From contig CAJUAK010000005.1 of assembly GCA_910584385.1 (NCBI GenBank), positions 58,870 through 122,869 on the forward strand: a stretch of 64,000 nucleotides of DNA, read 5' to 3'. Positions 56,367-64,000 of the stretch are shown piece after piece. This stretch comes from an uncultured Alphaproteobacteria bacterium. Lineage in GTDB: Bacteria; Pseudomonadota; Alphaproteobacteria; RF32; CAG-239. The position numbers and the translations under genes are program-made. The notes under the pieces are model-generated. The model had not been told where the DNA came from, did no database searches, and saw nothing but the letters and a program-made list of their open reading frames with translations. Numbering within the stretch: position 1 is the stretch's first letter; every line of letters starts with the position of its first letter.

Positions 56367-58100
56367 ATGTCTTACGATTATATGCTGCAGCAGGCGGTTG
56401 CCCTGCATGACAAAGGAGAGCTCGACGAAGCTGAAAAATTATATCGGCAGATATTGGAAGCTGTTCCCGATCAGCCTGACGTTTTAAATCTTTTGGGGCT
56501 GGTTGCACAAGAAAAAGGCATTCATAATGAAGCTGTGCAGCTTTTTTACAGGGCAATAAAACAAAAACCGGATCAAGCCCCCTACTATTTTAACCTGGCC
56601 TTATCGCTCCGGATGTTAAAAAAACATCTTGAAGCATTGGAATATTTTGACAAGGTTTTATCCCTGCAAGCCGGAATTAAAGAAGTTTATATCCAAAAAG
56701 CCCTTATATACCAGGAAACCGGACAAATTGAGCTTGCCCGCCAAAACTATCAGAACGCCATTGATTTGGACAGCTCCTGCAACGAAGCAAAAATCAGGCT
56801 GGCAGCCACTTATAATGATGACAAAGCTTTGCCTTTGCTGTCTGATTTATCTGAAAACCCTTTAGGGGCTTATTACCTGTCATTAATTTACATGCGAAAA
56901 AATGATTTTGACAAGGCGTTGCTATATGCCCTGAAAGCAAATAATGCCGCCCCGCATGCCGATGAGATAAAAGTTGTCCTGGGGCAGATTATGGCGACAA
57001 AGCAGGATGATTCCTCATCTGAAACATGGTTTAAAAAAGCCCTTGTTTTGAATCCCCGCAACCAAGCCGCCTTAATCGGCTTGGCCAATTTATATGCAAA
57101 GCAAAATTCTGAAGATGCCGAAGCCTTATATTTGCGCCTGCTTGATGTTGAACCCGGAAATTTGGACGCCCATATTAACTATGCGGCTTTTTTACACCGG
57201 CAAAAGCGCCTTGCCGAAGCTTTGGAAGAATACCGAAAAGCCGTGATTATTAATCCGGACCTGCCGGAAACAAATTATAACCTGGCATTGGTTTTAAAAG
57301 ATGCTGATGAAAAAGAAGAAGCTTTGGCCCTGCTGTTTAAGACCTTGGAAAAACTTCCCGAAAAGCTTGAGATATCACAAGCCATCAGCGAAACGCTCCT
57401 GCTTTTGCACCGCGGCGGGCAAAAGGAATATGCTGAAAAAATTGCCGCAAACTGGGTAAAAAGCTATCCGGAAAACCATTTTGCACGGCATGTCTTAGCC
57501 GCACTGACTGGAGAAAAAATTGAGACTGATAAAATTTATACTGAGAATCTCTTTGAACTTTTTGCTGATAATTACGAATTGGTTATGTCGCTTTTGGATT
57601 ATTCAGTTCCGATGGCTATGGGACGAATTCTTGGAAATGCTCAAGGTACCATTGTGGATTTGGGGTGTGGTTCGGGGCTGGCTGGAAAAGCTCTTAAAAC
57701 TCCTCAAAATCAAATCATAGGCGTTGACATTTCTCAAAAAATGTTGGAAAAGGCCAAAGAAAAAAATATCTACAGCGACCTGATATGCATGGATATTGCG
57801 GATTATCTTAAAACCCGTCCCTGCGCCGATTATTTTATTGCCGCCGATGTTTTCAACTATCTGGGCGATCTATCCGAAATTATTGCGCTGCTGAAAAATA
57901 AAAAAATATGTTTTTCAGTTGAAACATCTGCCGAATGCCCTGACTATCAACTGAGCAGCAGCGGAAGATACCTCCACAACCCCGAATATATCCAAAAACT
58001 TTTACAAGAAAACGGTTTCTCCAATATTTATGAGGAAGACATTGCCTTGCGCAAAGAAGACGGCCTCCCCGTCCAGGGGAAAATTTATTTTGCACAATAA
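56367..58100 (+). CDS. TPR-repeat protein fused to a class I SAM-dependent methyltransferase domain
   Basis: Multiple TPR units followed by motif I VDLGCGSGLAG and post-I ...IGVDIS. Start ATG 56367 after ACGGAG. Confidence 0.75.
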   Translation: MSYDYMLQQAVALHDKGELDEAEKLYRQILEAVPDQPDVLNLLGLVAQEKGIHNEAVQLFYRAIKQKPDQAPYYFNLALSLRMLKKHLEALEYFDKVLSLQAGIKEVYIQKALIYQETGQIELARQNYQNAIDLDSSCNEAKIRLAATYNDDKALPLLSDLSENPLGAYYLSLIYMRKNDFDKALLYALKANNAAPHADEIKVVLGQIMATKQDDSSSETWFKKALVLNPRNQAALIGLANLYAKQNSEDAEALYLRLLDVEPGNLDAHINYAAFLHRQKRLAEALEEYRKAVIINPDLPETNYNLALVLKDADEKEEALALLFKTLEKLPEKLEISQAISETLLLLHRGGQKEYAEKIAANWVKSYPENHFARHVLAALTGEKIETDKIYTENLFELFADNYELVMSLLDYSVPMAMGRILGNAQGTIVDLGCGSGLAGKALKTPQNQIIGVDISQKMLEKAKEKNIYSDLICMDIADYLKTRPCADYFIAADVFNYLGDLSEIIALLKNKKICFSVETSAECPDYQLSSSGRYLHNPEYIQKLLQENGFSNIYEEDIALRKEDGLPVQGKIYFAQ

Positions 58101-58153
58101 AAACAGGCCGCACACAAGATGCAGCCTGCCTTTAAGAATTTACACCAGCATAA

Positions 58154-58711
58154 TTAGAATGTGTATCTTACACCAGCTGTCAATTCTTCAACATATTTGA
58201 TGCTGTCGGCACCGATGTAGCCGTAACGTCCCATTACACGGGCGGCAAAGTGATCGGTGAAGTTATACTGGGCACCGATACCGGCACGGTAACCGACACG
58301 GGTTGTGGTAACTTTATTGTCAACATTCTTCATGTCAAAGTCATAAATACCAAGACCCAAAGAACCTAACAAGTTGAATTTGCCTTCGCAACCCATCGGC
58401 AGGTAGCCGTACATATCCAAACCATAAGCATTGTACTGTGATTTGTATGTGTTGTCGTCACGATGTTTCTTTCTTTCGCCTGTCTGTTGGAAAAAGGCTT
58501 CCAAACCTACGTTTTCGCCCATTTCAACACCGGCGTTAATGATTCCTGAATTGAACTTGTTGTCATAGCTGTTCAATCCTTTTTTCAAGCCAGCTTTTGA
58601 ATAGGCATAATCAATACCAACATAAGGTTTAAATTCCATAAATTCTTTTGCGTTTGCCTGGAAAGCAAAAAGGCATGCGGCGCCAGCTAAAAGTAATGTT
58701 GTTTTCTTCAT
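58154..58711 (-). CDS. outer-membrane beta-barrel protein (OmpW/Opacity-like)
   Basis: Signal peptide, alternating amphipathic strands, C-terminal aromatic (…GVRYTF). Confidence 0.7.
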   Translation of the reverse strand: MKKTTLLLAGAACLFAFQANAKEFMEFKPYVGIDYAYSKAGLKKGLNSYDNKFNSGIINAGVEMGENVGLEAFFQQTGERKKHRDDNTYKSQYNAYGLDMYGYLPMGCEGKFNLLGSLGLGIYDFDMKNVDNKVTTTRVGYRAGIGAQYNFTDHFAARVMGRYGYIGADSIKYVEELTAGVRYTF

Positions 58712-58891
58712 ATTCATAAACTCCATTTATAAATTAAGTTTTTCCAATTAAACCACTTTGCTGCGGTTCTTTTTGACAGGCGTTTAAGCGCTGTTATCCA
58801 TGTAAATAACATTGGATAAAACAATTTAAAGGGTGGGATGCAAAAAAAATGGTGTTAATTTATAAAAAAAGTTAAACAAGAGGATTTTTTT

Positions 58892-59536
58892 ATGGTTTTT
58901 AATGCCCCTGAACGCTTATGCAGCTTATGTCCGCGGTTGGTCGAATTTCGCAATGGGAATATTAAAAAGTTTCCGCATTACTATAACGGTGCTGTTGAAC
59001 CTTTCGGAAATATTGATGCGGAAATCCTTATTGTCGGTCTGGCACCCGGATTAAACGGCGCCAATCAGACCGCCCGCCCCTTTACCAATGATTATGCCGG
59101 CGATGTTTTATATCCCATGCTGAAAAAATATAATCTGGCCCGGGGCGTTTACCAAAAGAGAAAAAATGACGGTTTCGAACTTGTTAACGCGCGTGTAACA
59201 AACGCTGTCCGCTGCGTGCCGCCTCAAAACAAAGTTACGGGAGAAGAAACCAAGACTTGCGGCGTTTTTCTTAAGCAGGAAATAGAAGCCATGCCCCGGC
59301 TGAAAGCCATCTTATGCCTGGGCAGCGTGTCGCATGGCGCGGTTTTAGGCGTTTTGGGTTATAAAAAAAGCCAATATAAATTTGCACACGGCGCCGAGCA
59401 TTTTCTTGATAAGCATAACATCCGCCTGGTTGATTCTTACCACACCTCAAGATACAACATTAATACCGGCGTTTTAACGGAAGAAATGTTTGAAGATGTT
59501 ATCAAAAAAATATGCGGTTTAATTTCCAATTCCTGA
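58892..59536 (+). CDS. uracil-DNA glycosylase, family 4/5 (Fe-S containing)
   Basis: Four Cys (CSLCP, VRCVPP, KTCG) and GLAPG in place of GEAPG. 214 aa. Confidence 0.8.
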   Translation: MVFNAPERLCSLCPRLVEFRNGNIKKFPHYYNGAVEPFGNIDAEILIVGLAPGLNGANQTARPFTNDYAGDVLYPMLKKYNLARGVYQKRKNDGFELVNARVTNAVRCVPPQNKVTGEETKTCGVFLKQEIEAMPRLKAILCLGSVSHGAVLGVLGYKKSQYKFAHGAEHFLDKHNIRLVDSYHTSRYNINTGVLTEEMFEDVIKKICGLISNS

Positions 59537-60094
59537 AAAGCCCATAAAAGCCATGGAGAGCAAACTTGCTGTAATCAACGCAATGGGCGCACCGCGCATG
59601 CTTTGGGGAATATCGGTCAGATTCAGGCGTTCACGCAGGCCGGCAAACAGGACTATAGCTAATGTAAAGCCGACGCTGCTTGAAAAAGCAAAACAAACAG
59701 ACTGCAATAATGTGTAGTTTCTTTGCACACACAGAAGCGCAACGCCCAAAACGGCACAATTGGTTGTAATGAGCGGCAGAAAAATTCCCAAAGCCTGATA
59801 CAAACCCGGAGATGTCTTTTTCAAAACGATTTCCACCATTTGAACCAATGAGGCAATAACCAGAATAAATACAATCGTATTCATAAAAGCTAAGCCGTTT
59901 GGCAACAGCAGGGCTTTATATATTATGGAAGTTACCAATGTTGATATGGTTATGACAAAGATAACCGCCCCGCCCATGCCTGCAGCCGTGGACACTTTTT
60001 TTGAAACGCCAAGGAAGGGGCAAATTCCAAGAAATTGGGAAAGGACAATATTGTTAACCAAAACGGCTGTGATGAAAATAAGCGCATATTCCAT
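59519..60094 (-). CDS. rnfA: Rnf complex subunit A
   Basis: NNIVLSQFLGICPFLGVSKK signature. 191 aa. Confidence 0.9.
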   Translation of the reverse strand: MEYALIFITAVLVNNIVLSQFLGICPFLGVSKKVSTAAGMGGAVIFVITISTLVTSIIYKALLLPNGLAFMNTIVFILVIASLVQMVEIVLKKTSPGLYQALGIFLPLITTNCAVLGVALLCVQRNYTLLQSVCFAFSSSVGFTLAIVLFAGLRERLNLTDIPQSMRGAPIALITASLLSMAFMGFSGIGN

Positions 60095-60699
60095 TATTTT
60101 ATTCCCTGTTTGGCTTTATAAGCATTTAAAATCAGAATCAATCCCGCCAGGGCCAAAAAAGCTCCGGGCGGCATAATAAACAGCAAAACCGTGTCGGAGC
60201 CTTCGGCTAAAAAGCTCCACCCAAAAATTGAGCCTGCGCCCAAAACTTCGCGGACCGTGCCTAAAATAGTCAGGGCCAAAGCAAAACCCAAGCCCATACC
60301 CACAGCATCTAAAAAAGACTGCTTTACATTATTTTTAGAAGCAAAAGCTTCCGCACGCCCCAAGATAAGGCAGTTAACCACAATCAAGGGGATGAATATT
60401 CCCAGCCGGGCATGAAGCGCCGGCAGATAAGCCGCCATAAGCATATCCACAACGGTAACAAAAGTCGCAATAATAACAATATAAGAAGGAATTCGGATTG
60501 TTCCCGGAATGAGATTCTTCACAAGGGAAATCGCGCAATTAGACAAGATTAAAACAAAAAGCGTCGCAAGCCCCATGCCTAAGCCGTTTGCCGCAGAAGT
60601 CGTTACGCCGAGCGTCGGGCACATGCCCAACATCATAACAAAAATGGGGTTTTCCTTAATGATTCCTCTTGTTAAGTTTTCAAAACTGACTTTATTCAT
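60094..60699 (-). CDS. rnfE: Rnf complex subunit E
   Basis: GMCPTLGVTTSAANGLGMGLAT. Confidence 0.9.
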   Translation of the reverse strand: MNKVSFENLTRGIIKENPIFVMMLGMCPTLGVTTSAANGLGMGLATLFVLILSNCAISLVKNLIPGTIRIPSYIVIIATFVTVVDMLMAAYLPALHARLGIFIPLIVVNCLILGRAEAFASKNNVKQSFLDAVGMGLGFALALTILGTVREVLGAGSIFGWSFLAEGSDTVLLFIMPPGAFLALAGLILILNAYKAKQGIK

Positions 60700-61279
60700 T
60701 TTTGTTTCCTAAATTGAACCGATTATATCCCTTATAAGCCTTTGAAAGCGCGTCAACAGCGGCGCGGGAGCTGATTGTCGCGGCTGTAACGGCATCAATA
60801 TCGCCGCCGTCTTTCTTTAATTTAAAATCATTAGAGGCTGGGCGATAGCCTTTAAATTGGCTTTTAAAGCGCGTTTCGCTTATTTTTGTTCCCAAGCCCG
60901 GCGTTTCATGCTGTTCCAGTATTTCATAATTATTAATCGTTCCATCAATGAAAATCCCGACCATCATTTCTATTTTTCCGCCAAAACCTTTATCTGATGA
61001 TGATTTGACGGCTATTGACGTTATCTGTCCGTCTTTTCTTGCCGGAAACAACTCCATTTGGGTTCCGTCTTTTAATTTAACGCTGATACGTTCGGCATAA
61101 GGGTCGTTGTCAAAATCTCCCCCAACAACAGATGCTATTGCCTCAAGCTGTTTTTTTTCTTTGGCTTTGCTGATTGCAGGTTCTGTCAGTTTATACACGC
61201 TTCCGATTAAAAAAGCCGAACAGGCGGAAATAATAACAAGCGTTACGCATAAATTAAACAGGGATATTTTTTTTGACAT
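60692..61279 (-). CDS. rnfG: Rnf complex subunit G (FMN-binding)
   Basis: IDAVTAATISSRAV flavin attachment motif. Start at ATG 61279 (TAATG overlap with rnfD). Confidence 0.85.
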   Translation of the reverse strand: MSKKISLFNLCVTLVIISACSAFLIGSVYKLTEPAISKAKEKKQLEAIASVVGGDFDNDPYAERISVKLKDGTQMELFPARKDGQITSIAVKSSSDKGFGGKIEMMVGIFIDGTINNYEILEQHETPGLGTKISETRFKSQFKGYRPASNDFKLKKDGGDIDAVTAATISSRAAVDALSKAYKGYNRFNLGNKNE

Positions 61280-62277
61280 TATTTTACCCCTCCTTTTCCA
61301 AACGGCCTCGGCCGGCAATAGGCGTCTATCAACGGAACAAAAGCGTTCATAATCAGAATGGCAAAAGAAACTCCTTCCGGATATGAGCTGTAAAGGCGGA
61401 TGGCCACCGTCAGTATGCCGCAGCCGACAGCAAAAACAATCTGTCCGTTTTTAAACATTGGCGAAGTAACATAATCTGTTGCCATAAATATGGCACCCAG
61501 CATTAAACCGCCGGAAAGCAAATGGGTTATGGGGTCATATTTCGGATTATCCGTTAAAAGCCACATCATGCCGGTTATTAAAAAGACAGTCGCCATATAA
61601 TAAAAGGGAATGTGCCAGGTTATTACCCGCCGATAGAGCATATATGCCAGCCCCAGGAGCAGAGCCGCTGCCGAAACTTCTCCCAATGATCCGCCGGTAA
61701 GCCCGAAAAACATATGGGCATAATCCGGCAATTCTGCCGTTTTGGACATCAGAGACGTTGCAGAACTGGAAGCATCTATATGTTTAAGCACATTCAACGT
61801 GGTTGCGCCGGTTTGCATGTCTATATTTAAAAAGTCCCGCCAATTTGGAATCGGCCAGGTTGTCATTTGGACCGGAAAAGAAATAAAAAGAAAAACTCTT
61901 CCCGCCAAAGCCGGATTAAACAGGTTTTTTCCCAAGCCGCCGAATGCCATTTTTGCAATGCCGATTGCCACAAAACACCCAACAAGAGTCATCCATGCCG
62001 GCATTGAGCTGGGCAAATTAAATGCCAACAACAAGCCTGTTATAATTGCAGAATAATTATGCAGCGTGTTAACAGGATTTTTAAACAAATAACGGTTAAT
62101 CAGATATTCGCACAGCACACATCCGGCAACGGATGTCAAAATAACCGCGAGCGCGGAAATGCCAAAAATAAAAATCGAGGCCGCCGCTGCCGGAAGCAAG
62201 GCGATTACCACATCTTTCATTAGCATGGCGGTTGTTTTAGATGAACTTACATGAGGTGCCGTTGAAACTTTAAGCAT
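61279..62277 (-). CDS. rnfD: Rnf complex subunit D
   Basis: FNPALAGRVFLFISFP plus the NQR2/RnfD fold. Confidence 0.9.
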   Translation of the reverse strand: MLKVSTAPHVSSSKTTAMLMKDVVIALLPAAAASIFIFGISALAVILTSVAGCVLCEYLINRYLFKNPVNTLHNYSAIITGLLLAFNLPSSMPAWMTLVGCFVAIGIAKMAFGGLGKNLFNPALAGRVFLFISFPVQMTTWPIPNWRDFLNIDMQTGATTLNVLKHIDASSSATSLMSKTAELPDYAHMFFGLTGGSLGEVSAAALLLGLAYMLYRRVITWHIPFYYMATVFLITGMMWLLTDNPKYDPITHLLSGGLMLGAIFMATDYVTSPMFKNGQIVFAVGCGILTVAIRLYSSYPEGVSFAILIMNAFVPLIDAYCRPRPFGKGGVK

Positions 62278-62302
62278 TGTTTAGTCGTCTTTCTCTTATT
62301 TG

Positions 62303-63628
62303 CTATTTTCTCTTTTTTAATTCATTTTTTGCCAATTTGCAATAATCCAACAACGGGATTCTTGCCGGGCATATGTAAGCGCAGCAGCCGCATTCTATAC
62401 AATCCAAAACATGAAGGGGCTTTACTTCATTAAACATATTCTGCCGCGCATAGCGGGCAATTGCAAAAGGTTCCAGCCCCATCGGGCAGGCTGCGACACA
62501 TTTTCCGCAGCGAATGCATTGCTCTTCTTCGCCTTTGCGGGAAATGCTTTCGGATAGCAACAAAAGCCCTGAAGTCAATTTGGTTACCGGTGCCTGAATA
62601 TTCACCGCAGAAGTCCCCATCATCGGCCCGCCGAACACAACCTGAGCCGTATCTTCAGGAATCCCGCCACATTTTTCTAAAAGAAATGCCGCCGGCGTCC
62701 CTATCCTGGTTCTAAAATTTCCGGGCATGGAACATTTATCCCCGCTCACGGTTACAATCCGTTCAAAAAGCGGCTTATTTTTTTGGACTGCCTCATAAAC
62801 GGCAAAAACCGTACCGACATTTTGCACAATGCATCCGACATCCGCCGGCAGCTTTCCGTTCGGCACTTCCCTGCCCGCGATGGCTTTGATTAATTGTTTT
62901 TCAGCCCCTTGGGGATATTTTGTTTTCAAGACCTGAACATTAACGCCGACATAAGATTTTGTCAGCTTTTGCATGATTTTAATGGCTTCGGGCTTATTTT
63001 CATCAATGGCAATGACAGCGTTTTGAATTCCCAAAGCTTTATTTATAATCTTGGCGCCGATGATAATTTCTTCGGCATGTTCGACCATCAAACGGTCATC
63101 CGCCGTCAAATATGGCTCGCATTCTATGCCGTTTAAAATAAGAATATCTATTTTTTTGCCTTCGGGCACTGTCGTTTTAATCGGCGTGGGGTAACCGGCG
63201 CCGCCCATTCCGACAATTCCGCCTTCCCTTATCTTTTGGATGATTTCATCCTGTGTATAAGGGATTTCCTTGATGATATCGGCGCTTCTGTCGATTGAAG
63301 GTTCAAACTCGTCGCCTTCAACCCGGATTGTTATCATATTTTCCAAATAGCCGAATTCGCCTTCAATCGCTTCAACCTTTAAAACTTCTCCCGACACGGA
63401 AGAATGTACGTCAGAAGAAACAATTCCGTCAGAATCCGCAAGAAGCGTGCCGACTTTGACCTTATCCCCTTTATTGACCAATATTTTTGCAGGGGCGCCA
63501 ATGTGCTGTTTGACCGGAATATAAACTGTTTCCGGCAGGCCGGCGTCTTTAATCGGCGTCTGGGAGGTTATTTTATGTTTATCGGGATGAATGCCGCCTA
63601 AAGGAAAAGTTTTCATTTTACTGCTCAT
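62303..63628 (-). CDS. rnfC: Rnf complex subunit C
   Basis: NADH-binding/SLBB region and two 4Fe-4S motifs (CIRCGKCVAACP, CIECGCCAYICP). Confidence 0.9.
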   Translation of the reverse strand: MSSKMKTFPLGGIHPDKHKITSQTPIKDAGLPETVYIPVKQHIGAPAKILVNKGDKVKVGTLLADSDGIVSSDVHSSVSGEVLKVEAIEGEFGYLENMITIRVEGDEFEPSIDRSADIIKEIPYTQDEIIQKIREGGIVGMGGAGYPTPIKTTVPEGKKIDILILNGIECEPYLTADDRLMVEHAEEIIIGAKIINKALGIQNAVIAIDENKPEAIKIMQKLTKSYVGVNVQVLKTKYPQGAEKQLIKAIAGREVPNGKLPADVGCIVQNVGTVFAVYEAVQKNKPLFERIVTVSGDKCSMPGNFRTRIGTPAAFLLEKCGGIPEDTAQVVFGGPMMGTSAVNIQAPVTKLTSGLLLLSESISRKGEEEQCIRCGKCVAACPMGLEPFAIARYARQNMFNEVKPLHVLDCIECGCCAYICPARIPLLDYCKLAKNELKKRK

Positions 63629-64000
63629 CGGAACCCTCTGGTTTTTTATAAATTATTGCGCCTGTGGGGCAAGCTTCGGATAATTCTTTTCCAAATTTTT
63701 CCGCTGATACGCTTGCCGGAATATAAGAAAGGTTGTTTTCTATTGTGATTTCTGGAACAATTTTTGCGCATTTGCCGCAAGCGATGCAAGCCACTTTGCA
63801 GTTCTTTCTGGCTAAGGCGCCTTTTTGCTTATTGCTGCAAGCAACATAAACCCTTTGCCCGTTTTTTCCTTTCGGGCGGATTTCAAACAATTTTCTCGGG
63901 CATATGTTGACACAGGCACCGCAGGATGTACATTTATCTTCATCCACAACCGGAAGCCCCGTTTCCTCATCTATGTGCAATGCGCCGAATTTGCACACCT
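63618..64000 (-). CDS. rnfB: Rnf complex subunit B (5' partial, runs off window)
   Basis: Ferredoxin-type CTSCGACVNICP and CIACGKCAKIVP. The N-terminus lies beyond position 64000. Confidence 0.8.
   Translation of the reverse strand, partial: VCKFGALHIDEETGLPVVDEDKCTSCGACVNICPRKLFEIRPKGKNGQRVYVACSNKQKGALARKNCKVACIACGKCAKIVPEITIENNLSYIPASVSAEKFGKELSEACPTGAIIYKKPEGSDEQ

Noticed and set aside
1-64000. CRISPR arrays, IS elements/transposases, integrases, rRNA
   Set aside because: I scanned for regularly spaced direct repeats, DDE/serine/tyrosine recombinase motifs and rRNA-like conserved stretches and found none.

Overview
This is a 64 kb, AT-rich chromosomal segment of a Gram-negative bacterium, with 60+ densely packed genes. 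The gene content looks alphaproteobacterium-like. Evidence: an alphaproteobacterial-style S4, a tandem pair of M16 peptidases, a DUF3035 lipoprotein after lspA, lon-hupB, and DUF374-waaA-lpxK.

Recognisable housekeeping genes are fabI (partial), sppA, gatCAB, recJ, mgtE, lspA, pgi, mutL, lon, hupB, 3-oxoacid CoA-transferase A/B, a U32 peptidase, cobB, pip, tldD/tldE, rpsD, a family-4/5 uracil-DNA glycosylase and a complete rnfBCDGEA operon (rnfB runs off the window). Three tRNAs are present: Leu-GAG, Ser-GCU and Val-UAC. I found no rRNA, CRISPR array, transposase or integrase.

Regions worth a second look:
1. A seven-gene translationally coupled operon in which an epsilon/zeta-like small-protein plus P-loop kinase pair sits between a histidine phosphatase and TldD/TldE.
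2. A five-gene coupled operon: a 757-aa polytopic membrane protein with a Pro/Glu-rich tail, yejE, yejF, an HD hydrolase and a small 4-TM protein. It has no yejA or yejB.
3. A motor-only FtsK/SpoIIIE fragment directly after tRNA-Val and a double terminator.
4. An orphan hydG (the CX2CX22C motif is present) with a TM1266-like small partner and no hydA/E/F nearby.
5. An 82-aa protein that is only a SpoA/FliN domain, heading the lipid A operon.
6. An AT-rich glycosyltransferase cluster next to tRNA-Ser.
7. An orphan Panacea-domain protein.

Rnf plus HydG suggest an anaerobic or host-associated lifestyle. All calls come from reading the translations and sequence by eye; no database searches were run.
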